A stretch of DNA of 64,000 bases from Pseudomonadota bacterium. GTDB lineage: Bacteria; Pseudomonadota; Alphaproteobacteria; RF32; CAG-239. Both the position numbers and the translations under genes were made by a program. Position 1 is the first letter of the stretch. The number at the start of each line of letters is the position of its first letter. The notes under the pieces were generated by a model. That model saw only the letters and a program-made list of their open reading frames with translations, made no database searches and was not told the origin of the DNA. The stretch lies in assembly GCA_918234285.1 (NCBI GenBank), contig CAKJXZ020000020.1, positions 14,777 to 78,776 on the forward strand, written 5' to 3'. Positions 39,651 to 49,658 of this stretch are shown piece after piece.

Positions 39651-40532
39651 TTATTGATTATCTTCAACCAACTCGGTGGCTGCCAACAAAAATGCCGGTG
39701 TATTGCGTCCGAAAGTATGGTATCTTTTCACCAAATTCAGAGCCTCGGCATCTTTACCGCTTTCGCGGCGCGGCGTAACTTTCTTAGGTTCGGATTTTGT
39801 TTCTTTGTGAGCCTTTTCTTTTTTTGGCTCTGTCTGTTCTTTCGGTGCCGGTTTTTCTTCTTTAGGTGCAGCCTTGTCATCGGTTGCAACGGTCGCGGCT
39901 ACGGTTTCTTCAATCTCCGCTCCTTGTCCCTTATCTTTGTTAATTTTTATTTCTTCAGGTGTTTGCAGAATTTTATCAAGCAGCGTTTGGGTTTCTTTGG
40001 AACGACGGTTGGTATAAACAATATTCTGCTTTTCCGACGGCAGGACCGCCAAAACTTTTTCCAACTGTTCCAGTTGATGCGTTTTTTTAATCAGATTAAT
40101 ATCATCAACCACCAAAACATCGGTTTGCGACAAGTCGATTTTATCTTCATCCAGCAAGTCGGAGAGAAGTTTCGGCGATGCAATAACCACATTGGCTTCA
40201 TCATCGATATTTTCTTCGACATCGTCAACATTGCCGGCCGTAATTTCGTGGTATTTGTTAAACACGGCGAATCTGTCGGAAACGGTAACCGAAGCCTGCG
40301 CGCCCGAAGTAATAATCAAAATATTATGCGCTTTTTTATCGGCAATAATATCAATCAGCGGCAACACATACGAATAAGTTTTGCCACAACCGGCCGGAGC
40401 AATCGTAAACACGTCTTTGCCATGCAAAATCGACGGTATAACATCGGCTTGGACCGTTGTCGGCGTGATAATTCCGGCTTCCGTAACGGCTTGTATTGTT
40501 TTTTCGGATAATCCCAATTCTTTAAAATCCAT
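39651..40532 (-). CDS. Degenerate single-domain DEAD-box helicase-like protein
   Basis: MDFKELGL, Q-motif PTTVQ and APAGCGKT are present. Motif II reads VDDINLI and there is no second RecA domain. GAGG SD. Confidence 0.75.
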   Translation of the reverse strand: MDFKELGLSEKTIQAVTEAGIITPTTVQADVIPSILHGKDVFTIAPAGCGKTYSYVLPLIDIIADKKAHNILIITSGAQASVTVSDRFAVFNKYHEITAGNVDDVEENIDDEANVVIASPKLLSDLLDEDKIDLSQTDVLVVDDINLIKKTHQLEQLEKVLAVLPSEKQNIVYTNRRSKETQTLLDKILQTPEEIKINKDKGQGAEIEETVAATVATDDKAAPKEEKPAPKEQTEPKKEKAHKETKSEPKKVTPRRESGKDAEALNLVKRYHTFGRNTPAFLLAATELVEDNQ

Positions 40533-40542
40533 TTTTAACCTC

Positions 40543-42408
40543 TTATACTTCCGGTAGTGAAACTTTGGTCTGCTTTTCCGGCGGAACCGGAGAATACTCC
40601 GAGCGATTAAGCGACTTTCCGGCAATAACATCTTTGATTTCATCGCCGGAGAGCGTTTCATACTCAATCAGAGCTTGCGCCAATGTTTCGAGTTCTTTGT
40701 CATATTTTTTCAAAATTTCCGTAGCTTGTGCGTGTGCCTCGGTCAAAAGACGTTTGATTTCGGCATCTACCAAGCGTGCAGTTTCTTCACTCATATTTTT
40801 GTTTTGCGTAACGGCACGGCCCAAAAACACTTCATTGGAATTTTCGGCATACAAAACCGGCCCCAGCAAATCACTCATACCCCATTCGGTAACCATGGAG
40901 CGAGCCAAGTTTGTTGCTGCCGAAATATCGGCCGAAGCGCCGGATGTAACTTTATCATAACCAAACTTCAACTCCTCGCTGGCACGGCCGCCCATACATA
41001 TCACCAAACGCGATAACATTTTGGCGCGAGTGTACGAATATTGGTCTTTTTCCGGCAACTGTTGCACCATACCGAGAGCACGTCCCCGCGGAATAATCGT
41101 CGCCTTGTGAATAGGATCGGTTTCCGGAACGTGCAACGAGCAAATGGCGTGACCGGCTTCGTGATAAGCCGTCAGTTTCTTTTCTTCTTCATCCATCGCC
41201 ATTGATTTGCGTTCGTTGCCCATCAACACTTTATCTTTGGCATTATCAAAGTCTTGCGCCGTCACCTTGCGTTTGTTGCGACGCGCCGCCAAAAGAGCCG
41301 CTTCGTTAACCAAATTGGCCAAATCGGCACCGGAAAACCCCGGAGTACCGCGAGCAATTACCGATAAATCCACATCTTTAGCCAGCGGAACTTTGCGTGC
41401 ATGAACATGAAGAATAGCTTCACGCCCTTTAATATCCGGATTGCTGACCACAACCTGACGGTCAAAACGCCCCGGTCGCAACAACGCCGGATCCAACACA
41501 TCGGGACGGTTGGTGGCTGCAATCAGAATAACGTTTTCATTCGGTTCAAAGCCGTCCATTTCCACCAACAGTTGATTAAGTGTTTGCTCACGCTCGTCGT
41601 TACCGCCGCCCAAACCGGCACCGCGATGACGCCCGACCGCATCAATCTCGTCAATAAACAAAATACAAGGCGCATTTTTCTTTGCCTGTTCAAACATATC
41701 GCGTACGCGCGAAGCGCCGACACCGACAAACATTTCCACAAAATCGGAGCCGGAAATCGAGAAAAACGGCACATCGGCCTCGCCGGCAACCGCCTTGGCC
41801 AGCAAGGTTTTACCGGTTCCCGGAGGGCCCACCAACAACACCCCCTTCGGAATTTTTCCGCCCAAACGCTGAAACTTAATCGGGTCTTTCAAAAAGTCGA
41901 TTATTTCTTCCAATTCCTGCTTGGATTCATCGGCGCCGGCCACATCTGCAAACGTAACTTTTTTATTGTTTTCTATCAATCTGGCGCGTGATTTGCCGAA
42001 ACTTAAGGCCTTGTTGTTACCGGCACTGGCCTGGCGCATAAAGAACACCCACACACCGACCAAAATCAGCATCGGAAGCCATGAAATCACCACGCTCCAA
42101 AAAGTTTCGGTCGACGTATCTTGCGGCTTTGCCTCAACTTTGACATTGTTTTCCAACAGCGTATCCACCGTGGTCGGGCTGTACGGCGCATAGGTCGTAA
42201 ACTTTTTGCCATCCGTGGTCATACCGGATATTTCCGCTCCGCTGATGGAAACGTTGGTAACCCGTTTTTCCTTGACATTATCCATAAAATCAGAAAACAA
42301 CACGTTTTCGGTGTTGGCCGTCATCGTTCGCTTTTCCGCCATACTGAAAAACGCCGTCAGGCAAATAAGAACCAAAATCCAAATAAAAGCGCTTTTACCA
42401 AACTTCAT
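40543..42408 (-). CDS. ftsH: ATP-dependent zinc metalloprotease FtsH
   Basis: Two TM helices, [27 protein letters not shown]. Confidence 0.97.
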   Translation of the reverse strand: MKFGKSAFIWILVLICLTAFFSMAEKRTMTANTENVLFSDFMDNVKEKRVTNVSISGAEISGMTTDGKKFTTYAPYSPTTVDTLLENNVKVEAKPQDTSTETFWSVVISWLPMLILVGVWVFFMRQASAGNNKALSFGKSRARLIENNKKVTFADVAGADESKQELEEIIDFLKDPIKFQRLGGKIPKGVLLVGPPGTGKTLLAKAVAGEADVPFFSISGSDFVEMFVGVGASRVRDMFEQAKKNAPCILFIDEIDAVGRHRGAGLGGGNDEREQTLNQLLVEMDGFEPNENVILIAATNRPDVLDPALLRPGRFDRQVVVSNPDIKGREAILHVHARKVPLAKDVDLSVIARGTPGFSGADLANLVNEAALLAARRNKRKVTAQDFDNAKDKVLMGNERKSMAMDEEEKKLTAYHEAGHAICSLHVPETDPIHKATIIPRGRALGMVQQLPEKDQYSYTRAKMLSRLVICMGGRASEELKFGYDKVTSGASADISAATNLARSMVTEWGMSDLLGPVLYAENSNEVFLGRAVTQNKNMSEETARLVDAEIKRLLTEAHAQATEILKKYDKELETLAQALIEYETLSGDEIKDVIAGKSLNRSEYSPVPPEKQTKVSLPEV

Positions 42409-42569
42409 ATAACCATCCCAAACAAAATAAAAACTCTCATATAAGTAGTCTCAATTACGCGTATATTAAGGGGCTTTTTTTCAAAAAACAAGCATTTTCG
42501 CCGACTTAATAACTTTTGTAATAAAAAATCAAACGCCCGTCTTTTATGACAGGGCGTTTGTTTCTACAC

Positions 42570-42905
42570 TTAATCGGCTAAATGTCTGGCATATTCCTTG
42601 GCATCAACAACCGCGGTATTATGCTCAACCAGCCCGATACTGTACGAGAGTTCGCCGGCGGAATCTTCATTGACGTAGATTGACATCCTATCGCCTTTGA
42701 AGATGCTTTTTGCGTTGTTCAAACCGCGCATTTCGCGTGCGCTCAGCATAAAACGCATACACCTCGGCTTCTCCAATTTTTCATTCTTCCCGTCGGGAAG
42801 TTTCTGTTCTTCGGTTACATTCAAATACAGAATGCCCGTTTCGTCTTCGCCGTCAGGTACAAAGTAGAGCGTATCCACCGTACCGACAAATTTCACTTTT
42901 TTCAT
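42570..42905 (-). CDS. Hypothetical protein
   Basis: 111-aa beta-rich ORF downstream of 42929-43846, followed by a hairpin terminator at about 42530-42563. Confidence 0.6.
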   Translation of the reverse strand: MKKVKFVGTVDTLYFVPDGEDETGILYLNVTEEQKLPDGKNEKLEKPRCMRFMLSAREMRGLNNAKSIFKGDRMSIYVNEDSAGELSYSIGLVEHNTAVVDAKEYARHLAD

Positions 42906-42928
42906 AAAATAATAACACTAAAATTTCA

Positions 42929-43840
42929 TCAGATAAACAGGCGCAACAGTCCCCACAGGTTCAAGTGCGCCGTCAAAAATTCATAACACTTCGGCATGTT
43001 TTTGTTGAACTTGGCCGCCTTAATGATTTGCTTTTGTTTTACGGCATCGCCCTCGTAATACTTCCACAAACCTTCCCAATCGACTTTTTCCGGATAACCG
43101 GTCAAAAATCCATGGTAAAGACTGTGATGTTTTACAAACACCTCAAACCGTTTGTTTTCTAAAAGCTTATCATAGCAGATCTCATGATAAAGCTCTTCAT
43201 CCAAGCCTTTTTGCAGGCAATAGTCGATGATTTCGTTTTTGGGCAACAAACCGCAGGCATCTCCGAGGCTTAAGAGCCACAGTGCCATACCGTTGTCAAT
43301 CACATACTTCCAGCCGTCTTCCGAATAGAGTAATACGCCGGGACGTTTCTGTTGCAACATCAGCGGTGCGTATTTAGCAAAGTCGCGTCGCAGCAAGGCA
43401 ATGCACGCTTCAGGATAATCCATCCAGTTATCTTTTTCCAAGAATTCCGGAGCATTTTGTGCCACCAAATCGAATTTATGGCGCTGACACAGGGTTTCCC
43501 ACAATTTCAGCTGTGCACATTCCTCATCGGTCGGCCAATCATTCGGCAACTTGTCCTGATAATGCGGTAAAACATCGGCCAGTTCCGCAACGGTAAAATA
43601 GCTTTGCATCCATTGAATAACCGGCGGCGTGTACTTTGTGACCAATGTCAGTACCTCTTTGATTGCGTCATCGGAGTAATCGAAAAAAGCCATTGTTGTC
43701 AGCATATCCGCTGTTAACGGCATTTTGCTTTGCACCAATTGCCTAAAGCGCCCGATTTCATGATGTTCCAAACAATACCATGCCAATTTCTCGTTCTGCT
43801 CGGCAGAAGTGAATGGCATAATCCTTTTGAAATTCTCCAT
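42929..43840 (-). CDS. Hypothetical helical protein
   Basis: ORF of about 303 aa preceded by its own promoter (TTGACT-17-TAGAAT, 43877-43905). Confidence 0.7.
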   Translation of the reverse strand: MENFKRIMPFTSAEQNEKLAWYCLEHHEIGRFRQLVQSKMPLTADMLTTMAFFDYSDDAIKEVLTLVTKYTPPVIQWMQSYFTVAELADVLPHYQDKLPNDWPTDEECAQLKLWETLCQRHKFDLVAQNAPEFLEKDNWMDYPEACIALLRRDFAKYAPLMLQQKRPGVLLYSEDGWKYVIDNGMALWLLSLGDACGLLPKNEIIDYCLQKGLDEELYHEICYDKLLENKRFEVFVKHHSLYHGFLTGYPEKVDWEGLWKYYEGDAVKQKQIIKAAKFNKNMPKCYEFLTAHLNLWGLLRLFI

Positions 43841-43987
43841 AATCAATAATTTTTAAATTATAAAACATTGGGCAGAATTCTAGTATAAAAACCTCGGTAA
43901 GTCAAGCGGAAATACGGTTAGTTTATTATATAAACGAAAACGGCCGCCACCGATACCGGTAACGGCCGTATTTTACTGATTAGCGAA

Positions 43988-44584
43988 TTATTTCAGTTTT
44001 GCCTTCAAATCGGCAATCAAACCGTCAATTCCGTTCGGCGATTTCTGAATATACGACGTATATTCGCTGCGCGATGTCTGCGCCAGGCTGACGTTCTCGA
44101 TAATGATATCGACAATGCGCATATTGCCGTTGGTTTCCTTAACCCGCCACTTTACCGAGGCCGGTTTTCCTTCTTGCATCGGCACTTGCGAGTTGACAAA
44201 CACTTGATCCGGCGACTTGGAATTCTCCGTACCCAAAAATTCAAAATGCTTACCTTTGAAATCGTTAAAGCGTTCCGACCAGGTTTGTACGTTCAGCTTG
44301 CGATATACATCGATAAACTCGTCGCGTTGTTTCTGAGTAGCCGTACGCCAATAACGTCCGAGCACAAACTTGCCGATAAAATCCAAATCCAAATCCTGAT
44401 TGAACAGCTTGGTAAAGCGTGCCCGCTTTTCGCTTTCCGATATATTCGAATTAACCAGTTCTTCAATACCCTGTTTGGTGACATCTTTAATAAACTGTTC
44501 GGCCTTGGCAGCATTGACGGCGGCGTTTGCCTCTGCTCCAAACATAAATAAACCGGCAAATAAAAATGCAAATAATTTTTTCAT
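43988..44584 (-). CDS. mlaC: MlaC/Ttg2D phospholipid-binding protein
   Basis: Signal peptide, IGKFVLGRYWR, WRV....RIVDIIIENVSL..T.RSEY. Confidence 0.88.
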   Translation of the reverse strand: MKKLFAFLFAGLFMFGAEANAAVNAAKAEQFIKDVTKQGIEELVNSNISESEKRARFTKLFNQDLDLDFIGKFVLGRYWRTATQKQRDEFIDVYRKLNVQTWSERFNDFKGKHFEFLGTENSKSPDQVFVNSQVPMQEGKPASVKWRVKETNGNMRIVDIIIENVSLAQTSRSEYTSYIQKSPNGIDGLIADLKAKLK

Positions 44585-44605
44585 TTTAAATTCCTTTCAA
44601 GTAAA

Positions 44606-45382
44606 TTATTCATCATCCATGTCGTCAAAATCAAAATCATAACCGGCATCTTCCGCCGAAACTTCTTTTTTGCCGCAAACCCCGATTTTAAGGCGATTCT
44701 GAATGTACGCCGATTTGATGGTGCTGTACGGGTCAACCGAATTGGCGGTTAAGTTATCCAAAAATTCGATATTTGCCTCGCGCAGACTGACAAAACCGAG
44801 GGCACTGATGCCGTAATAAAACGAATAACGCTCCCAATCTTCGCCAAACGAAGAATAGCGGCCTACCCAATAGACCGGGTGGGTATAAGCATCGGCCACC
44901 ATACTCGCGGTAGCACGCGGAGTACTCGGTCCGAACAGCGGCAATATAAAGAACGGTCCGTCCGGTACGCACCAGGCGGCAAGCGTCCGGTCAAAGTCGG
45001 TCGGATTCTTGGAGATTCCCCAGCCGGAAGCCACATCAAAAGTACCGAGTAAACCGATGGTTGAATTTATCAAAAAGCGCCCCATTGATTTTCCGGAATC
45101 AAGCAAATCTCCCTGTAACGTGTGATTTACCACAGAAATCGGTTCTTTCATGTTTTCAAAGAAGTTTCGCACGCGTTCGCGAACAAAGTCATTTGTAACG
45201 GCGCGGTAACCCTTTGCCACCGGCTTAATCACAAAATAATCGGCCGTGGCATTAACCGCAAACATGGCACGGTTATAGCTTTCCAACGCGCCTTCATCGT
45301 CTTCTTCTTCAGCTTTAACCGGTGCGGCAAGCAATGTTACCAAACAGGTTGTATAACTTAAAATTCTAAATATCTTCTTCAT
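44606..45382 (-). CDS. mlaA: MlaA/VacJ family protein
   Basis: LESYNRAMF..N, RFLINSTIGLLG.FDVA, GPFFILPLFGPST.R, DPY...KSAY.Q.R. Confidence 0.9.
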   Translation of the reverse strand: MKKIFRILSYTTCLVTLLAAPVKAEEEDDEGALESYNRAMFAVNATADYFVIKPVAKGYRAVTNDFVRERVRNFFENMKEPISVVNHTLQGDLLDSGKSMGRFLINSTIGLLGTFDVASGWGISKNPTDFDRTLAAWCVPDGPFFILPLFGPSTPRATASMVADAYTHPVYWVGRYSSFGEDWERYSFYYGISALGFVSLREANIEFLDNLTANSVDPYSTIKSAYIQNRLKIGVCGKKEVSAEDAGYDFDFDDMDDE

Positions 45383-45473
45383 TTTTTTATTCCCTGACAA
45401 CATAATATATAAACGAACGAACAATAAATCAATCAAAAAATTTAACTTGATGGTATGTATAATTTCCGAGCAT

Positions 45474-45750
45474 AAAAAAATCCTCCGGAAAACTATAAAC
45501 GGAGGATTATAAAAAAGGCAACGCTTTGCCTTTGCCAATAACTAAAGACTTTTGATATTGTAAATCGAACCCGATGAAGGTATCAGCCGACAGCCTCACC
45601 GAGCAATGTGCGCCGATTTCACAATCGACGGACATATTACGTAATTACTAACCTGTCACAAACGAACGGGATCGTTTGCCGATGTAAAACGTTTCACAAC
45701 GCCCTACATCGAATTGTTTAACTATAATATCATAATAATCTAAAACATGG
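45474..45750 (-). ncRNA. Candidate structured non-coding RNA (family not recognised)
   Basis: Promoter TTGACA-17-TATACA at 45755-45783. Four hairpins (two with GUGA tetraloops) inside a 5'/3' closing stem. Terminator at 45474-45510. No ORF. Confidence 0.55.
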
Positions 45751-45797
45751 TTTCTGTATAGCATTATGCAACTGAAATGTCAATACGGTTCTGACGT

Positions 45798-45840
45798 AAA
45801 AAAAATACCCCTATCCGCTTCCACGGACAAGGGGTATTTT
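45798..45840 (-). terminator. Intrinsic terminator of the 45840-46700 gene
   Basis: AAAATACCCC...GGGGTATTTT inverted repeat with an A-run. Confidence 0.7.
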
Positions 45841-46700
45841 CAGATTCGGGCAATCCAATCGAAAATTTTTTGTTCATAATCGGCTTCAACATCCTTGCGG
45901 TGTTTCAGCACATTGAAAAATAATTTTCCATATTGCCTCGGTGCCATAAACGGACTGCGGGCAACGCGCAACGGATACTTCTCGGACAGACGCATACCGG
46001 CCTGTATAACACGCTTGGGAATCATCCTGTCAAAGTCCGCAATACAACGACCGGCGTAACGTTCGGTACCGACTCGGTCATATAGAGCGGCAGCTTCCGA
46101 TAGCAGCGGTAATCCGTCGGCAAGAGCCATACCGTTGTAGAGCTGACACACTTCCTTTATATCCTCGCCCGGAACGTAATAATATGCGTTCAGGCTTCCG
46201 ATTTCCGGAAACTGCTGCGGTAAAAATTCCACAGTGCGCTCCAAAAGTTTGCTTAACCGTTGAGTAACGCAGAAAATGAGCGGACAATCTGATGAGAACC
46301 TCCAAGTCAGATAGTCGGCGATTTCCTTGAGGTTATCGTTGATGTTGTTGCTTTTATCCAACACCGTAGCCTGAAAATTGCCCAGTCGCAAAGCCGTCAT
46401 ACGCAACTTTGCTCCCTCGCTGACCATAGTACCGTCATCCAGCCGGTTAAGGTGCTTGGAAAGCGGTCCGTAACCTCCTACACAAAGTACATTCGGATAT
46501 TTTCCGAATTGCCGTTTAGCCTGTTTGGCAATGGCAGCGGCATAATAAGCCGACACCGGATCATCACCGATTGCCACCACAAAACGCGGCTCAATCAACA
46601 ATCTGCCTGATCTGTCCAAACAGTCAGTCTCCTGGCGGAAAAACTCAAAAACGGTTTGAGCATCCTGCCAATCCTGATTTCTGAAATCTATTTTTTTCAT
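45840..46700 (-). CDS. Divergent YdcF/DUF218 (ElyC/SanA-like) protein
   Basis: VLCVGGYG...SEG...LDKSNNINDNL...IFCVTQ resembles the DUF218 pattern sGG.g...sEA...E.StNT.eN. Confidence 0.55.
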   Translation of the reverse strand: MKKIDFRNQDWQDAQTVFEFFRQETDCLDRSGRLLIEPRFVVAIGDDPVSAYYAAAIAKQAKRQFGKYPNVLCVGGYGPLSKHLNRLDDGTMVSEGAKLRMTALRLGNFQATVLDKSNNINDNLKEIADYLTWRFSSDCPLIFCVTQRLSKLLERTVEFLPQQFPEIGSLNAYYYVPGEDIKEVCQLYNGMALADGLPLLSEAAALYDRVGTERYAGRCIADFDRMIPKRVIQAGMRLSEKYPLRVARSPFMAPRQYGKLFFNVLKHRKDVEADYEQKIFDWIARI

Positions 46701-46786
46701 ATCTAAAAAATTTGAATAATAATACTTTTGAAACTCTGCATCTTTACCGCCCTAAGGCTTAAATGTTCGCAAATCTTGCCCGGATA

Positions 46787-48136
46787 TTATTGATACTCCG
46801 TCCGAGAATGACGTGCGGCGGTATTTTGATATTGTTTTTTACCCTTTGTTGCCTTTTTATCGGCCGCGGCATTATTTTGCCCCTGCACGTGTCCTCTGGT
46901 TTGTTCCATTTTCTGCTTATTGACTTCCGCGGCTTCTTTGGCGGCCATATAATCGTAATAATCCGGCGCCAGATGGAAATACACATCATATTTAGGCATA
47001 ACCATAACCTCGGAAACGCGATGTCTGATATCATGGCGACGACCGTGCGCTTTGCCCGGGAAAGTAAATTCCCTCGCCGATTTTATGAAATCATCGTGTT
47101 GCGATTTTAAAACCTCTTCCACCGTCAGATTCGGATTACCGTTGACCATCTGCTCGGCTACTTTATGCCAATCTGCCAGGCGCTGTTGCGTATTCTCAAT
47201 GATTTCCTCGCGGTTTTGCGCAATAATCTCGCTGATTTCTATCTGATGCCGCGGTGCTACTTTAGTCAGCAGTTGTTTATTTTCCGGTGTCAGATAATCA
47301 TAAACATTCAAATCAAAAACTCTGCCGGCGGAATCGCACACCTGAATGGTAAAGGCCGCTTCAATAGCGCGGCGATAGTTTTCTTCTTTGATTTTTGCCG
47401 GAATACCGGAAGTATCCGACATTGAATGAACCGTCTGCATAAGTTGTTTGGTATAACTGTCCGATGTTGTCATCATGGAATATGTGTGGGCAAAAACATT
47501 GTTTACCATCAAGGTTAACAGTCTTTCTCTGTCCTTTTGTTTGTCGGAAGTATATCTGTACAGCCAACCTTTTTGCAACAGATTACCAAAGTCAAAATTG
47601 GCATCGTGCAACAAACCGACAATACTGTCCGCCTCCGCACTTTTATTCATTTCGTACATGGTTTGATATAAATAAGCGTTGAATTCAACGGCAATACCCA
47701 AACTGTATCCGTGTTTCGGAGAAACCTTACCGAACGGCATTCCGTACAGATTGGAATATCTGCTGTGTGTACCTTCGTGCACATCCACCGATACCGGTGT
47801 ACCGCTGTGCGGTTGATTTTCAACTCCGGCAAAATGATATTTTATGGTGATATTGTCATCAAAGTCATAATAAGCCACGTTGCCGGTATAAGTTCCTTTC
47901 TTTACCTTGTCAATGATGGCAGAATTGTAAACCGTATCAACCTGATAGTATAATTTGGTGTCGACATACTGGTAATTGATATATTCCTGCGGTACCGAGA
48001 CTACGTTTTCGGCCGGAGCCGGAGAATTGTCCGCCGTGACGTTCTGCGCCTTACTTTCTCCCGAAAGCCAAAAACCTCCGGCAGTAATGGCGGCAATTTT
48101 AAAATAACGATTTAATTTATCAAACCAGTTTGTCAT
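46787..48136 (-). CDS. Secreted protein with HExxH zinc-metalloprotease motif
   Basis: Start at MTNWFDK (AAGGA SD). Signal-like segment ending SKA|Q, VHEGTH and a downstream E in AVEFNAY. Confidence 0.65.
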   Translation of the reverse strand: MTNWFDKLNRYFKIAAITAGGFWLSGESKAQNVTADNSPAPAENVVSVPQEYINYQYVDTKLYYQVDTVYNSAIIDKVKKGTYTGNVAYYDFDDNITIKYHFAGVENQPHSGTPVSVDVHEGTHSRYSNLYGMPFGKVSPKHGYSLGIAVEFNAYLYQTMYEMNKSAEADSIVGLLHDANFDFGNLLQKGWLYRYTSDKQKDRERLLTLMVNNVFAHTYSMMTTSDSYTKQLMQTVHSMSDTSGIPAKIKEENYRRAIEAAFTIQVCDSAGRVFDLNVYDYLTPENKQLLTKVAPRHQIEISEIIAQNREEIIENTQQRLADWHKVAEQMVNGNPNLTVEEVLKSQHDDFIKSAREFTFPGKAHGRRHDIRHRVSEVMVMPKYDVYFHLAPDYYDYMAAKEAAEVNKQKMEQTRGHVQGQNNAAADKKATKGKKQYQNTAARHSRTEYQ

Positions 48137-48245
48137 TTTAATCCTTTTCGGTTGCAGTATATTCCCTTTTTGTCCACAAGTCAAGTCCTTTGCAAAACAG
48201 ATGCGAAAAAAAATCGCCGACTTACACCGGCAATTTTTCTTTATT

Positions 48246-48515
48246 TTACTGTATATTTTGATAATTGGAGTTAAAAATCTCAATGTACGACGGCGGATTT
48301 TCCGCAACGGTTCTGCCGTCAGGCGGTGTTTCTCCGGCCGCTTTGAATACGGCATCGGCAAATTCTTTCTTGGCTAAATAAATCAAAAACAGCGGTCGCT
48401 CCAGCTTGAGCTTACCCATAACTTCTTCCAAAGCCTCAAAACTTTCATAAATCGTACCGGCAAACATCAAACTGTCTTCCAGTCTGACATATTCATTATC
48501 TTGTATTTTTCGCAT
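48246..48515 (-). CDS. Small hypothetical protein
   Basis: ATG at 48515 after a GAGGG SD (MRKIQDNEY...). Confidence 0.55.
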   Translation of the reverse strand: MRKIQDNEYVRLEDSLMFAGTIYESFEALEEVMGKLKLERPLFLIYLAKKEFADAVFKAAGETPPDGRTVAENPPSYIEIFNSNYQNIQ

Positions 48516-48620
48516 TTTTCCCTCGCCTACAATAATTAAACAAGATAAAAAATAACCGTCGCCGTGCTGATTATAAATATGGCTCATCGGCTATATTGAA
48601 AGCCGAATCTGCGGTAATTC

Positions 48621-48824
48621 TCACATTAAATCATATTTTTTTTGCCGTTTTTTTTGCAACCTGATACCGTTTTGCGGAAAAAAATATATATGGCGATTCC
48701 AGCCCTCAACCACTTCACTGATGATGCGATCGTCCACCACGAACTCCGCCGGTGCATGTTTTTGCGTCATATCATAAAGCAATATGTTGGCGATACTTTG
48801 TTTTGGCATTCTGTTATCTCCCAT
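48621..48824 (-). CDS. Small hypothetical protein (uncertain)
   Basis: 67-aa ORF only; poly-A tracts near its 3' end. Confidence 0.3.
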   Translation of the reverse strand: MGDNRMPKQSIANILLYDMTQKHAPAEFVVDDRIISEVVEGWNRHIYFFPQNGIRLQKKRQKKYDLM

Positions 48825-48914
48825 TCGAGCAAAAAATATTCCCCTTTTAGCGCAATAAAAGAGGAATATATACTAAAGTCTATATTAATAAGTCAAAAAA
48901 AACGTTGACGCGAT

Positions 48915-49658
48915 TTAAAAGAACCATCCCGATTTAGTATATTTTTTAATCAGGCTTTCCATTTCCGGCGTTTTGGCATATTCGATAACTTTTTTGCCTT
49001 CATTATCTTTCAGACGTCCGTCAGCACCGTTTTGCAGCAACATTTCCACCACATCCGGGTCTTCGTTCAGGGCAACGGCATACATCAGCGCACTGCGGCC
49101 CTTGTTATCAACCGCATTGATATCGGCACCGTAACGCAACAGCATTTTAATTACTTTCGGCGACACGTCAACCCGGCATACATTCATCAAAAGTGTGCGT
49201 CCCTTGGTGTCGCGGGCGTTGATATCATTAACGTTTTCCGGCTCCGACTTTTTATACGAAGTTGCTTCTTCTTGCTCGGCATCAACACTCAAACCGCCTA
49301 AAAAGGCCTGGGCAAGCTTTCCCAAATCAGCATCCTCACCGGCACCGTTGGCCAACATCTCGGCCATGGTGGCTAACCCCGGCTTGCGTTTAGAAGAATC
49401 GGTCTTTTTTTCCGGCTCGCGATTGAGCACCGATTTAATCAGCGCGTTTTTAACGTCTTGCGCCGAATCCCCTTCAATCAGCGCGCCGAGCCAAGTCTGC
49501 GAACCGTCTTCCGGCGAACCGGTTATGCGTTGCATGGCATAATTCATGGCCTTACCGGCAATCGCCGCACGATTGATGTATGCAATATAACCGCCGATTA
49601 ACAGCAATACGATAAAAATAACGCCGGCGATTATCATTCCCTTAAACAGTTTGTTCAT
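48915..49658 (-). CDS. Membrane-anchored ankyrin-repeat protein
   Basis: N-terminal TM; INARDTKGRTLLM, LLRYGADINAVDNKGRSALMYA, LLQNGAD...KDNEGK. Confidence 0.85.
   Translation of the reverse strand: MNKLFKGMIIAGVIFIVLLLIGGYIAYINRAAIAGKAMNYAMQRITGSPEDGSQTWLGALIEGDSAQDVKNALIKSVLNREPEKKTDSSKRKPGLATMAEMLANGAGEDADLGKLAQAFLGGLSVDAEQEEATSYKKSEPENVNDINARDTKGRTLLMNVCRVDVSPKVIKMLLRYGADINAVDNKGRSALMYAVALNEDPDVVEMLLQNGADGRLKDNEGKKVIEYAKTPEMESLIKKYTKSGWFF

Noticed and set aside
48630-48690. Homopolymer tracts as phase-variation switch
   Set aside because: Neither shifted frame yields a longer ORF, and A/T runs of 7-8 are common in this genome.
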